Below are positions 37,995-48,400 of a stretch of DNA of 64,000 nt, piece by piece. The stretch is from Candidatus Micrarchaeaceae archaeon (GTDB lineage: Archaea > Micrarchaeota > Micrarchaeia > Micrarchaeales > CABMGC01), in the NCBI GenBank assembly GCA_038877255.1, contig JAVYWZ010000001.1, positions 24,960 to 88,959 of the forward strand, read 5' to 3'. The translations under genes and the position numbers were made by a program. Each line of letters opens with the position of its first letter. Position 1 is the first letter of the stretch. The notes beneath the pieces were generated by a model. The model made no database searches. It was not told the DNA's origin and saw only the letters and a program-made list of their open reading frames with translations.

Positions 37995-39887
37995 TCACAT
38001 TGACTCTGCAGGGGTAATGCCGAGCAAAAGCATGCCATTGGCGATTGTTTGCATTGTGATGTATACTATCGCAAGCCTTGCATTTCTTGCTTCTCCGCCG
38101 CCGAGCACAGGCTCTTTTTCGTAGAACCCACTGAATAATGCAGAAAGCCTAAGCAAATACTCTGCCACTGTATTGGGTCTATATGAAATCGCCGCGCTAG
38201 TAAAAACATCTTGCGCATTCCCTATAATTTTTATAAGCTCGAATCCTGGTCCGCGACCTATTTCCTTGTAATCCTTTTCAGTAAGCTGTGCCTTTTTGTA
38301 CTCTCCTTTTTCAAGTATTCTGCGTGCTCTCGCATACATGTACATTACGTACGGGCCGCTGTTTGCTTGAAGGTTTAGCGCATTTTCCCAAGAAAAGACA
38401 ATGCCTTTCTCAGGAGATACTCTTAAGTATTCAAACTTTATGGCTGAAAGCGCTATGCGCTTAGCAGTTTCTTCTGCAGCTTCCTTTGCAACCTTTTTGC
38501 TTTCTTTTGTTTTTTCCAAAACCTTTTTTATAGCTTCTTTAAGCAGATCATCTGCGGTGTAATTGCGTTCTTCACCAAGCCAGCCGCCTTTGCGCCCGCT
38601 CAACGTGCCTTTTTCAAGTTCAACTTTGCCATAAGCTACATGCACAAGCTCTCTGCTTAAACCTTGCGCTGTTAGTTCAAGCAGTGCCTTTACCACATCT
38701 TGCTCTGCGCTTTGGCCCATGTCTATTATGTTGACTACTTTTTTTGCGTTGCCGAAAGCCATGTCTTTTCCAGATTCACTGCTCGTATACAGCGGTTTTC
38801 TGTTAGGCTGTTCCTCTATGAAACGCGAGAACCTGAAATTGCCCATGAGCAAGCCGAATTTCCACAAGTGGAAAGCAAAATCCTTCATTGCATATGTGGC
38901 TACGCCATTGCTCCTTATGAGAACCTTGTACTTTTCCTTAGGATTTTCAAACTCCTTTGCCTGCGCCTTTGCCTTTTCCAAGTCGAGCACAAGGCAATCT
39001 TTGTAATCGCCTTCGCTGACCTTTTCCAATATTCCTTTTCTTTTAGCTATCGACAGAGCGCTCTCAAGGAGCTTGCTCTTCACTATGTTGCTTTCCCACA
39101 TAAGCACATCGTGATATATGCCAAATGCGAATGACGTTTCATACTGCGCCTTTACGCATTCTTCAGCGAGTCTTCTCGCTATTTTTGCCTCTTCAGTATT
39201 GCCAAGCTCCATTCTCTTGAGAATTGTGTCTATTTCTTCCTGCACGCCCTTCTGTTCAATAATTCTATTTACCTCGACGTACTGCTCGCCCAGGAACTGA
39301 TCAAATTTTTTGCCCTTCGGGTCTTTGCTTATGTGCAAATAGCCCCACAGCGTCTCTGCCATCTGAAGACCCAAATCGTCTATGTAGTTTTCGCGCTCTA
39401 CCCTATAACCACAGAATTCAAGCATGTTTGCTATGGCATCGCCCAGCAGCGCGTTCCTCAAATGGCCTACATGCCAAGGCTTAGTGGGGTTTACGCTTGG
39501 GTATTCAACAATTACCTTTTCGTCTTTTCCAATGTTGCTAGAGCCATAATCATCTGCTTCTTCCAGAACAGAGCCTATGACAAGCTTCGAGTATTCTGTT
39601 TCGTCAAAATATGCATTTACATAGCCATTAACGCTTGAAAAGGATTTTACAAGTATGCCTGGTTTTGCATGCTCTGCCAGTTTTGTTGCTATCTCTTTTG
39701 GGTTCTTTTTTAGCTGTTTTGCGATCACAAACGCGAGCGAAGAACTTATATCGCCAAACGATGATTCTGGAATAGTTATGCTCTGCAATGCCTCTTGCAT
39801 GTCCAGCGAAATGCCAAATGACGCGTTAGCTGCGTTTATTACTGAGGTAGCAAATTCCTCCTTTGCTGCTAAAAAAGGACTTGGCAT
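37995..39887 (-). CDS. argS: Arginyl-tRNA synthetase
   Basis: VEYPSVNPTKPWHVGHLRN, DDLGLQ, LIRSNG.ATY, SGPYVMY.YAR, C-terminal LGI...ESM. Confidence 0.96.
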   Translation of the reverse strand: MPSPFLAAKEEFATSVINAANASFGISLDMQEALQSITIPESSFGDISSSLAFVIAKQLKKNPKEIATKLAEHAKPGILVKSFSSVNGYVNAYFDETEYSKLVIGSVLEEADDYGSSNIGKDEKVIVEYPSVNPTKPWHVGHLRNALLGDAIANMLEFCGYRVERENYIDDLGLQMAETLWGYLHISKDPKGKKFDQFLGEQYVEVNRIIEQKGVQEEIDTILKRMELGNTEEAKIARRLAEECVKAQYETSFAFGIYHDVLMWESNIVKSKLLESALSIAKRKGILEKVSEGDYKDCLVLDLEKAKAQAKEFENPKEKYKVLIRSNGVATYAMKDFAFHLWKFGLLMGNFRFSRFIEEQPNRKPLYTSSESGKDMAFGNAKKVVNIIDMGQSAEQDVVKALLELTAQGLSRELVHVAYGKVELEKGTLSGRKGGWLGEERNYTADDLLKEAIKKVLEKTKESKKVAKEAAEETAKRIALSAIKFEYLRVSPEKGIVFSWENALNLQANSGPYVMYMYARARRILEKGEYKKAQLTEKDYKEIGRGPGFELIKIIGNAQDVFTSAAISYRPNTVAEYLLRLSALFSGFYEKEPVLGGGEARNARLAIVYITMQTIANGMLLLGITPAESM

Positions 39888-41428
39888 CAGCTCACTTCCT
39901 TGTCAAAAGATTTCATGATATAAGGTATGCGTTCCACTACGTCTGTAGCCAATATATGAAGGCCTTTTTCCATCGCTAATGAGTCGCCTATATGCGAATG
40001 CAGATAAACGCCTGCTGCGCACGCATCAAAAATATCTGTGCCTGTTGCGGCATAGCCGGCAATCATGCCTGTTAGCACGTCGCCTGAGCCCATAGTGGCA
40101 AGCGCAGACGTCTTGGCCTCGTTAATCCTTAGAAAATGGCCGTTTGTTATTATTGTAGTGTGGCCTTTTAATACTACATTAGCATTAAGCTTTTTTGCAA
40201 GCATAATCGCTGCCGAGGCTCTTTCTTTGAGCTTCTCTCCTGGTTTTATGCCATAAAGCGACTCGAATTCGCCATCATGGGGCGTTATTGCAATGTTTGA
40301 GTTAAGCACGCCGAGCATCGATACCGCATCAATCGCATCTGCGTCTATTACCACTTTTTTCTTTAAAGACATTGCTTTTCCGATTATCTTTGCAGCAACA
40401 TCGAGCGTATCAGCGTCTTTTCCTATTCCAGGCCCTATTGCAATCGCATCTGCTTTCTCCAATTCAGCATACGCCAAATCGGCGCTGCCTTCGCCTATTC
40501 GGCTAATGCCCATGCTTTTAACGATAAGATTTGGAGACGTCTGCCTTGCAATGTCTTTGATGCGCTCTGGCACAAGCAATACAGCGTAACCAGAGCCAAT
40601 CCTTAGCGATGCCAATGTGTTGTATGCTGCATCTGCCGCTAGAGACGGCGCGCCGCTATATTCTGCATTGCCGCTTACTATAAGAATTCTGCCATTGCTG
40701 TATTTGTTGCCAGCTTTTCTTCTTGGCGTAGCAGCTTTATGCAATTCGCCAGGACCTGTGTAAAGCTCAGCCTCTGCGCATATTCCTATGTCTGCAACCT
40801 CTACAGTGCCAGCGTATGCATAATTAAGCAAGCCGATCTTGGGTTTGTGGAAAGTTATTGTGTAGTTTGCTTTGAAAGCATTTTTAGAAGCGCCGCCATC
40901 AGCGTCAACTCCAGAAGGCAGGTCTACTGCTACTACTGGCTTGTTTGACCTTTCAACAATGCGTGCTATTTTTTTAATATTGTCTGGCAGATCGCCGTGA
41001 AACCCAGTGCCAAACACAGCGTCAATTATGACATCGCTTTTTTTAACAAGCGCCCCTGCCTTGCTATATGCATTATATATGATATCTATGAACTTGCTTC
41101 CCTCTATTGCTCGCAAGTTTAAAATTGAAGGCAACGATCTTATCTCTTCTCTATTGCCAAGTATTGCTACAGTAACTTCGTGTTTATTTTCAAGGTGCCT
41201 TGCAGTTGTAAAGCCATCACCGCCATTGTTGCCTGTGCCGCATAGTATTAATATCTTTTTTGACTTTGCAAATTTCTTGTCAATAAATCTTGCTACGGCA
41301 GCGCCTGCGTTTTCCATTAGCTGAACAGAGCTTATTCCAAGCGCCTCTGCGTCTAGCTCTATTGCTTTCATGTCTCTTGAACCAAGAGCTCTTTTCGTAA
41401 AGCTCGCAAACCATTTTAAGTCTTGCAT
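39887..41428 (-). CDS. nnr: Bifunctional NAD(P)H-hydrate epimerase/dehydratase
   Basis: LMENAG, GTGNNGGDG, DLPSG; IDADA, TPHDGEF, GSGDVLTG. Confidence 0.94.
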   Translation of the reverse strand: MQDLKWFASFTKRALGSRDMKAIELDAEALGISSVQLMENAGAAVARFIDKKFAKSKKILILCGTGNNGGDGFTTARHLENKHEVTVAILGNREEIRSLPSILNLRAIEGSKFIDIIYNAYSKAGALVKKSDVIIDAVFGTGFHGDLPDNIKKIARIVERSNKPVVAVDLPSGVDADGGASKNAFKANYTITFHKPKIGLLNYAYAGTVEVADIGICAEAELYTGPGELHKAATPRRKAGNKYSNGRILIVSGNAEYSGAPSLAADAAYNTLASLRIGSGYAVLLVPERIKDIARQTSPNLIVKSMGISRIGEGSADLAYAELEKADAIAIGPGIGKDADTLDVAAKIIGKAMSLKKKVVIDADAIDAVSMLGVLNSNIAITPHDGEFESLYGIKPGEKLKERASAAIMLAKKLNANVVLKGHTTIITNGHFLRINEAKTSALATMGSGDVLTGMIAGYAATGTDIFDACAAGVYLHSHIGDSLAMEKGLHILATDVVERIPYIMKSFDKEVS

Positions 41429-41487
41429 GCCTACTCCTATTGTTAATAAGTAAGTAGAAAATGTTTAATAAAGGACGTGGTGTTTCA

Positions 41488-42339
41488 ATGGTAAAAGTAT
41501 TCAAAAAAGATAACAAATACATAATTTACATACCTTACGAGGTTGTCAACCAGCTGCGCATAAGCCAAGATGACGAAGTCGATTTCTTCAGGTTCAGCAA
41601 CACAGCGTTCCTGTTTGCGAAAAAAGCAGATGTTGCATCGCTTATAACAAGCACAGCTTCAAGCCCGGCAAAACGCATAAAAATTGAGATAGCGCCTGAA
41701 GAGCTTGCTGTCCTTAAGAAGCTTGACACTCTGCGCTATCCGGTAAGAACAGAAGCAAATGTGCTCAAGCTTTTGAACAATTCTGAGAAGCGCGTGCTTG
41801 ACAAGCTCATTGAGCGCAAGCTTGTTGCGCTGTTCAACGATGAAAAAAGAAAGGAAAAGCTCTATAGCATATCAAAATACGTTTATGACAACTTCCTTAT
41901 GAGAAAGAAGCCGGTGCAGCAGCAAGTCCGTGCTGAGGAAGTAGACCAGGCGCGCGCATGGGGCGAGGTCGAAGCGCCAATGGCAAAGCCAAATATAGAT
42001 AACAAAGACATAAGCGCGCTTGAAAAGTATGGCTATGTGGTAATAGGAACAGAGGCAGAGGCCGCTGCGCTCTCTCTCGCTATGGCCGACAGCATACGGC
42101 AAGGCCAAGTCATCGGCGTGCGCGCATTCAACAAGAAATATTACATAATGCTAAGGAGCTTTTTTGAGAAAAACAGCGCAAAGCTTGTTAAAGAGCTGAA
42201 CAACGGCCCAAAAACAATAGCCGAGCTTTCAAATGCACTCTCTGCAGATCCTGATGCGCTGAGGGGCATGCTTTACTTAATGGCCGAACAGGGAGATGTT
42301 ACTGAGAACAGAAAAGATGTCTTCGCGCTCGTATCCTGA
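41488..42339 (+). CDS. Hypothetical DNA-binding protein (AbrB-like N-terminus, winged-helix-like C-terminus)
   Basis: IYIPYEVVNQLRISQDDEVDF AbrB-like pattern; TIAELSNAL...LAEQGDV HTH-like. Confidence 0.6.
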   Translation: MVKVFKKDNKYIIYIPYEVVNQLRISQDDEVDFFRFSNTAFLFAKKADVASLITSTASSPAKRIKIEIAPEELAVLKKLDTLRYPVRTEANVLKLLNNSEKRVLDKLIERKLVALFNDEKRKEKLYSISKYVYDNFLMRKKPVQQQVRAEEVDQARAWGEVEAPMAKPNIDNKDISALEKYGYVVIGTEAEAAALSLAMADSIRQGQVIGVRAFNKKYYIMLRSFFEKNSAKLVKELNNGPKTIAELSNALSADPDALRGMLYLMAEQGDVTENRKDVFALVS

Positions 42340-42410
42340 TTATAAAAGCAATCATCAAATCAAGCCTGAACCTGAGCGCACTCTCTTGACCAATGTGTTG
42401 CTTTGCGATT

Positions 42411-42563
42411 TTATATTGCTGCTATGTGGTCCAGCACTATTACAAGGAGCGTGAACACAATAACGCTTATTAGCAATATCTTTATCGTTATGTGCGGGCC
42501 TTTTTCAGGCGCATCGTAGAAGCTCAATATGCCGGCTTGCTGTGCAGGCGTTGAAAGTGCCAT
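42411..42563 (-). CDS. secG: Preprotein translocase subunit Sec61beta
   Basis: AGILSFYD...GPHI followed by a single TM helix. Confidence 0.85.
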   Translation of the reverse strand: MALSTPAQQAGILSFYDAPEKGPHITIKILLISVIVFTLLVIVLDHIAAI

Positions 42564-42623
42564 GTTATTTGTTTTTGCTACAAAGCTTAATATATTTTTC
42601 AGGAGCTTGAAGCAAAAACATTT

Positions 42624-43385
42624 GTGGCTAATGTTATGCAAGATAAAATAGAAGTTGCAGGCAGGATTTTTGAAGTGGTGCTGCTTCGCAAAACAGGCAT
42701 CTCTGCAACAGCAAGTGTATCAGGCAATCAAATAAGGATTCGTGTGCCTGCATTTTTGTCAGAAGAAGAGTCAAACGCGCTTTTCAACGAGCTAAAACAG
42801 AAAATAATTAGGAAAATAGTTAAAAAATTGAATGAAAATCCACGCGCTCTTAGCTTGCACGAAAGAGAGCTGAATTTTTATGATGGCCAAGTAATCAGCG
42901 TATTTGGAAAAAGGTTTGTTATACGTGTAAAAGAATCACGCAATAGGGCATCAACAGCAAACATACTGGGAAATGAGATACATGTAGCTCTTGCAGAAGG
43001 CCTTTCCGTTGATGAGAGAAACAAGCACCTGTCAAGTTTATGTATTCGAGCAATTTCACACGCTATTCTTCCTGAATTGACTAGGCGCGTAAAGCAAGTC
43101 AATAGCAGAAGTTTCGGCTTTAAATTCAACAAAGTTTCAGTTACTTATTCGCGTACAAAATGGGGAAGCTGCAACGCAAGAAAAAGGCGCGTAAACTTGA
43201 ACTTTCTTCTGCTGTTTGCGCCAGATTCAGTGCTAGATTATGTAATAGTGCATGAGCTTGCGCACCTAAAAGAGCACAACCATTCTAGTGCCTTCTGGAG
43301 CCTTGTTTCAAGCGCAATGCCCAATTATAAATCTGCAAGGCTGTGGCTCAGAAAAAACGGCTACACGCTAACAAGCATTTCGTAA
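42624..43385 (+). CDS. YgjP/DUF45 (SprT-like) zinc metalloprotease
   Basis: KWGSC, DYVIVHELAHLKEHNHSSAFW. Confidence 0.9.
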   Translation: MANVMQDKIEVAGRIFEVVLLRKTGISATASVSGNQIRIRVPAFLSEEESNALFNELKQKIIRKIVKKLNENPRALSLHERELNFYDGQVISVFGKRFVIRVKESRNRASTANILGNEIHVALAEGLSVDERNKHLSSLCIRAISHAILPELTRRVKQVNSRSFGFKFNKVSVTYSRTKWGSCNARKRRVNLNFLLLFAPDSVLDYVIVHELAHLKEHNHSSAFWSLVSSAMPNYKSARLWLRKNGYTLTSIS

Positions 43386-44948
43386 CTATTTCTTTCTATG
43401 TCTTCTTCTGTTTCTTGCAACATACACTGCAATTACTATTGCTAAGATTAGGACTATGCCTACGCCCCATTCAGCGCCGCTTTCGCCACTGTACGCGCTT
43501 ATCTTCGCAAAATAATTTGTTGTGCCGTAATATTCCTGGTTTACCGCACCGTTTGGCTGCTTCCATTGCTCATAAATAGTTACTGGGTAATTTCCAGGTG
43601 CCGCTTGCGTATCTGCGCTTACAAGGAACGTTACGTTTGCGCTGCTTCCAGGAGCAATGCTGCTTATGTAATACGTGCTTGCCACCGGCGTTATTGGATA
43701 TGTGCTTTGCAGGCTGAGCTGTACGTTTGTAGCCTCTTCGTTGCCATTGTTCCTTAGTATAAAAGTGAGCGGCACATCTGTGGCGCCTGGTGCAAGCTCA
43801 GATGCTTCTGCAACTGCTTCAAACTGTGCCGATGGAGCAAGCGTAATGTTAATGCGCTCATCAGCGCTGTACTCTTTTTCATAATTAGCCGAATAATAAT
43901 CAGCATGCGCTATTATGCTCGCATTGCTCGCATTCGAGTCTGATGATATTAGCACCTGTTCGCTTTCGCTGCTTCCAGGCATTATTGCTCCAAAGAAAAA
44001 GTGATTTGCTGAGCTGATTACCTGCGTGCCTATGCCGGGGATTATGCCTATGCTTACGTTCTTAGCAATGCCGCCGCCGACGTTCTGTATGAGCAAATCA
44101 AGGGTTTGGTTGTACCCGTTATAAAGGGTTTCAGGAATTGCTCCAGCAACGCTTACTTTTATTTCAGGGCTCGGTGCTATTACCTCAACGCTAGCGTTTT
44201 CCGTAACGTTATAGGTTCTGTTTGTGTCTGTTGCATATTTAACATAGAATTGCAGCTCGTGCTGTCCTGTGCTCACGTTGCTGCTTATATAATAGCTTGC
44301 CTGCTCTTCAACTGCCTGGTTTGTTTGCAATGTTCCTATTTTGAATGTTTTTGTGCCTGCTACTTCGAAGCCGGTGCTGTTGAGCAGCTCAACAGATACA
44401 TTTCTTGCTGTGCCAAAGCCAGAATTAGCTATCGAAACAGATACAGAGACAGTACTGCCAGGAACTATCTCATTGGGCAACAGGTTTATAGTTATGCTTG
44501 GTTTGTTGTAAACATAGAGCGTGATAGGCATTACCGAAGAGCCAACCTCTTCACCTATTGCAGTAGGCGGCGTAGTTTCATAAGTAGCCACTATATCAAG
44601 CGTGTATGTGCCTTCAGGAGTTGTATTAGGTATGCGCAGATTGTAAGTATAAAATCCTGAGCTGAGACCCTCACCGAGAGTGCTTATCTCATACGTTCCA
44701 TATGGTGAGAAATTAAGCAGAGGGTATGCGCCCTGAAGCTGCATGTTTATATTATTGAGCGAATTGTCATACGAGTTGTAGAGCCTGAACACTATGCTTG
44801 CATTCTGACCTGCAATTACCGGATTTGGCTCTACCGCAAGGTTTGCCAGTGAAAGCGCGTTCTCTACCTGCGCGCCTGCATAGCTTGGCAAGAGCGCCAT
44901 AACGAAGAGCAGAGCCGCAATTCCAATTCCTATTGTTTTTGTTTCCAT
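43386..44948 (-). CDS. COG1361 S-layer-domain/Ig-like membrane-anchored protein
   Basis: Signal peptide, repeated NxGxxxAxNV Ig-like modules, C-terminal TM plus basic tail. Confidence 0.8.
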   Translation of the reverse strand: METKTIGIGIAALLFVMALLPSYAGAQVENALSLANLAVEPNPVIAGQNASIVFRLYNSYDNSLNNINMQLQGAYPLLNFSPYGTYEISTLGEGLSSGFYTYNLRIPNTTPEGTYTLDIVATYETTPPTAIGEEVGSSVMPITLYVYNKPSITINLLPNEIVPGSTVSVSVSIANSGFGTARNVSVELLNSTGFEVAGTKTFKIGTLQTNQAVEEQASYYISSNVSTGQHELQFYVKYATDTNRTYNVTENASVEVIAPSPEIKVSVAGAIPETLYNGYNQTLDLLIQNVGGGIAKNVSIGIIPGIGTQVISSANHFFFGAIMPGSSESEQVLISSDSNASNASIIAHADYYSANYEKEYSADERINITLAPSAQFEAVAEASELAPGATDVPLTFILRNNGNEEATNVQLSLQSTYPITPVASTYYISSIAPGSSANVTFLVSADTQAAPGNYPVTIYEQWKQPNGAVNQEYYGTTNYFAKISAYSGESGAEWGVGIVLILAIVIAVYVARNRRRHRKK

Positions 44949-44950
44949 AA

Positions 44951-46051
44951 TTACACCGCATTGACTTTTCTAAACATAAGCAGGCTTATCGCAACAGTGG
45001 CAATTGCGAAGCCTATGAGAATTAAAGAATAAACGAGGAACGCAGAGACAGGGATAAATCCTTTGAGCATTACGTCTCTTACCGCATCTACCGAATACGT
45101 CATTGGATTGTACACGCTGAACGGCTGCATGAAGCTTGGCAACGTGCTCGTTGGCATGAAAGCGCCAGAAAGAATCCACAGCGGCAGCGTTATGGCCATG
45201 CCTATAAGCGAATATACTTCTACTTTATTTATCCTGGTTCCTAGCGCGGTTGCTACTCCGCTGAAACCGACTGCGCTGAGAAACATGAACCAGATTATAG
45301 GCAATATGCCAACGCTACCTTCGGCTATTGTGCCACCATATGCGATGCCTATCCCAAGGGCAAGAAGCCCGCTTATCATAGATTGTGAGATGCCATAAGT
45401 CATCTTGCCAAGAAGTATGGAGAGCCTTTGAATGGGCGTTGCCATGAACGCCTTAAGGTTGCCCAGTTGCCTGTCTGTTATTAGCGTGAAACCGCCGCTC
45501 CACATAGAACCGAATGCAGCTACCATTACCACAATCCCTGCTATTAGGAATGTTTTATAGCTGCTGCTTGCACCGTAGACATAGTTAGTCTGCGCGCTTA
45601 TCCCTGTGCTTTGCAGGCTCGCCTTAACGCCAAACTGCGCTGCTGCCTGATCTATTGCAGCGTCTGCTTCCTCAGATGCTATCGGAGAAGAAACATCAGT
45701 ATATATGTATATTGCATTGCTATCTTTGCTTCCAAAGTTCTGCGGCAATACCACAACAGAAGTGACGTCGCCTTCGCTGAGCAGCAGCATTGCTTGCTGT
45801 TGGTTTGTCATCGCATATACGCTAAGCGCGTTTTGGCTGTTGAGATAGCTTACAAAGCTTATCGCTTCGGGGTTGTTGGCAAGGTTTACTATCGCTATGG
45901 GAGCATGGCTTATATTTGTTCCGAGATTGCCGAGAAGGAGTATCAGCGTCACTGGAAAGATTATTGACCTAGCTATGCTTGTCTTCCAATTCTTCTTGAA
46001 GATTAGCATGTCGCGCATATAAAGATTGTAAGCGTCACCAAGCAAGCTCAT
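44951..46051 (-). CDS. ABC-2 type transporter permease
   Basis: DRQLGNLK..ATPI, LSGAFMP...LP, NPMTYSVDAVR. Confidence 0.92.
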   Translation of the reverse strand: MSLLGDAYNLYMRDMLIFKKNWKTSIARSIIFPVTLILLLGNLGTNISHAPIAIVNLANNPEAISFVSYLNSQNALSVYAMTNQQQAMLLLSEGDVTSVVVLPQNFGSKDSNAIYIYTDVSSPIASEEADAAIDQAAAQFGVKASLQSTGISAQTNYVYGASSSYKTFLIAGIVVMVAAFGSMWSGGFTLITDRQLGNLKAFMATPIQRLSILLGKMTYGISQSMISGLLALGIGIAYGGTIAEGSVGILPIIWFMFLSAVGFSGVATALGTRINKVEVYSLIGMAITLPLWILSGAFMPTSTLPSFMQPFSVYNPMTYSVDAVRDVMLKGFIPVSAFLVYSLILIGFAIATVAISLLMFRKVNAV

Positions 46052-46065
46052 GCAATCACTTATTG

Positions 46066-47079
46066 TTACCTTCCTCTGCGCATAAGCATAGACCTTGCAG
46101 ACTCTACATTTGCGCTTGCTGTGTCGCGCAGCGACGTGCCTGTAAGTTTAAGAAACACGTCATCAAGAGTAGGCTCGTGCATATTTATTCCGCTTATCTC
46201 TATCTTTTTAGATGAGAGTTCATTCATTACCTGCTCCATTTTTTTAACTGCGTCGGAGCCGCCTATCGAGGCAACAACCCTGTCGCCAAGCACGCTTGGC
46301 GTTTGGCCAAGCACTTTCTTTACGACGTCTGCTACTGCTTCAAGGTCCTGCCTGTCTGAAGCAATTTCTAGGGTGCTGCCCTTGCCTATGCTGTGCTTAA
46401 GCTCGGTTGGCGTGCCAAGCGCCATCACCTTACCATGATCGATTATGGCTATGCGATTGCATATTGCGTCTGCTTCCTCTAGATATTGTGTCGTCATTAA
46501 TATAGTTACTTTTTGTTCCTTGTTTATTTTCCTTATAAGAGCCCAAACCTTGGCTCTGTTCTGCACGTCAAGCCCTGTTGTTGGCTCGTCAAGCACCAGT
46601 ATTTTTGGATTGTGTATAAGTGATTTTACAGTTTCAAGCCTTCGCTTCATTCCGCCAGAGAATGTGCCAACATATGCCTTCTTGAATTGCGTTAGGCCTG
46701 CAAGATCCAGCAGAAAGTCTATTTGCTTGTCTATCTCGCTTTCAGGCACATGATAAAGCCTTGCAAAAAGCCTAAGATTCTGCTCAGCGGTAAGCTCGGG
46801 CTCTACTATCGTTTCCTGAAGGACCAAGCCTATGTCTTGCTTTGCTTCAGTGGCGTGCTTGCTTATATCTTTACCTTCTACAAAGATTCTGCCCTTCGTT
46901 GCCGGAAGAAGGCCCAGTATCATGTTTATTGTTGTGCTTTTGCCAGCGCCATTTGGGCCAAGCAACCCGAATATCTCTCCCTTCTCTATTTTTAGAGTTA
47001 TGTCATTTACTGCGGTAAAGTTGTCAAACTTCTTAGTAATGTTTTCTAGTTTTATTGCGTATTCGGGCATGCAGATCAT
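46066..47079 (-). CDS. ABC transporter ATP-binding protein (DrrA-like)
   Basis: GPNGAGKST, FSGGMKRR, LDEPTTGLD, PTLDDVF. Confidence 0.95.
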   Translation of the reverse strand: MICMPEYAIKLENITKKFDNFTAVNDITLKIEKGEIFGLLGPNGAGKSTTINMILGLLPATKGRIFVEGKDISKHATEAKQDIGLVLQETIVEPELTAEQNLRLFARLYHVPESEIDKQIDFLLDLAGLTQFKKAYVGTFSGGMKRRLETVKSLIHNPKILVLDEPTTGLDVQNRAKVWALIRKINKEQKVTILMTTQYLEEADAICNRIAIIDHGKVMALGTPTELKHSIGKGSTLEIASDRQDLEAVADVVKKVLGQTPSVLGDRVVASIGGSDAVKKMEQVMNELSSKKIEISGINMHEPTLDDVFLKLTGTSLRDTASANVESARSMLMRRGR

Positions 47080-47507
47080 TTGATTAACTTTTCGAGCTCT
47101 TTTATCAGTTCGCGAATTTCCCTTTCATGCTTTTTCAACTGGTCTTTGTCTTCGCTCTTGACGTCTTCCAAATATGAAACATAGCCATTCAGCTCGTTGA
47201 AAATGTCCTCTAGGCTATGACTTTTTGCGTAGTAACGGCCTTCCCAAGGGTAAATTATTTTCTTACCGTTCTCAGTAAGTGCGTATCTGCCATCTGCATC
47301 TTTATTTACTGTGCCTTCCTTGGCCAACTCGCTGAGCAGCGGATACAAAGACCCCGGGCTAGGCCTCCACAGACCAAAGCTTATGCTCTCTATCTCTTCC
47401 ATTATCTCTTCGCCGTTCTTAGGCCCATGCCTCAATATCGATATTACTATAGGCCTTAGCAAGCCGCGTTTGCCTTTTCCTAGTGTTTTGTTAAATGCGC
47501 CGTCCAT
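47076..47507 (-). CDS. PadR family transcriptional regulator
   Basis: RGLLR...GPKNGEEI...PSPGSLYPLL..L..EG...YALTENG. Confidence 0.92.
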   Translation of the reverse strand: MDGAFNKTLGKGKRGLLRPIVISILRHGPKNGEEIMEEIESISFGLWRPSPGSLYPLLSELAKEGTVNKDADGRYALTENGKKIIYPWEGRYYAKSHSLEDIFNELNGYVSYLEDVKSEDKDQLKKHEREIRELIKELEKLIK

Positions 47508-47514
47508 ATACTCT

Positions 47515-47532
47515 ATATCGTTTATTCGATAT
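47515..47532. promoter_or_regulatory. Putative PadR operator ATATCG-N6-CGATAT
   Basis: Perfect inverted repeat 8 bp upstream of the padR start, in a divergent promoter region. Confidence 0.6.
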
Positions 47533-47610
47533 CTATTATCCGATAAAATATTAAAGCCTTTTGTAAGGAAATGGTTAAATAGTGCCAAACTATATAATAA
47601 GTGTGATACA

Positions 47611-48354
47611 ATGGGTTCAGGCGCTGCCTATAATACAAAAAAAGGCGAAGCATCTGAAAAACAGCTTAGTTACACCCGCCAAGTTATAAATGACCCAAAC
47701 GCCCTAAGAATGCTAAAACTGATTTCAAGACAGGACGAGCAAAATCCATTTTATCTCGATGCAGAATTACCAAATGGCAAAACAGTCCGCGAATTGATGG
47801 CGCAGCTAATATCATGGGGTTTTGTTGTAAAAGGCCATGGTCTGTATTCTCTTACACCATATGGCAGAAAACTTGCAAGCAGATATCCAGAAGAGCTAGA
47901 GCAAATAGGCGTGATAGGCGATTACCTGCCTATTCTGGAAACGCTTTCTGTAGGGCCTGCTTCGCTGAGACGCTTAAAGCGTGGAACAGGAATCGAAATC
48001 AACCGCCTTGATTGTATGCTTGGTGCTTTGTTGGCTCTCAATCTTGTCGTGAAAAGTGGCGAAAACGCTGTGCTTACTGAAAAAGGGGAAGCAATTCTAA
48101 AATATTCAAAACTGAAATATGCAAAAGAGGACTACTTGGAGCATTTCAGAACTATCTATATGATGCAAAAATACGGGGATAAATTTTACGAGCACTTGAA
48201 TGTATGCGATGCAAACAACTCGAAAAAATCTCATGAGATTCGCGAATTGTTGGACAAACTACTATCTGCGCATCTAATAGATATAGATGCAAGCGGCAAG
48301 TATGTGATTACGAAAGACGCTCGCTTTTTTGTCGCTTTGCGGCGCGACGAATAA
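47611..48354 (+). CDS. Hypothetical protein with tandem winged-helix-like repeats
   Basis: Three repeats of L...G/N/H L V/I....Y.LTxxG type. Confidence 0.6.
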   Translation: MGSGAAYNTKKGEASEKQLSYTRQVINDPNALRMLKLISRQDEQNPFYLDAELPNGKTVRELMAQLISWGFVVKGHGLYSLTPYGRKLASRYPEELEQIGVIGDYLPILETLSVGPASLRRLKRGTGIEINRLDCMLGALLALNLVVKSGENAVLTEKGEAILKYSKLKYAKEDYLEHFRTIYMMQKYGDKFYEHLNVCDANNSKKSHEIRELLDKLLSAHLIDIDASGKYVITKDARFFVALRRDE

Positions 48355-48400
48355 GCCCAATAGCGCCTAATTTATAACTTTTAGCAGTTAAAACAGTTTT

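Noticed and set aside
47311..47610. N-terminal extension of the 347-aa plus-strand ORF
   Set aside because: Overlaps padR antisense; ATG 47611 after a TATA-like box is the likelier start.
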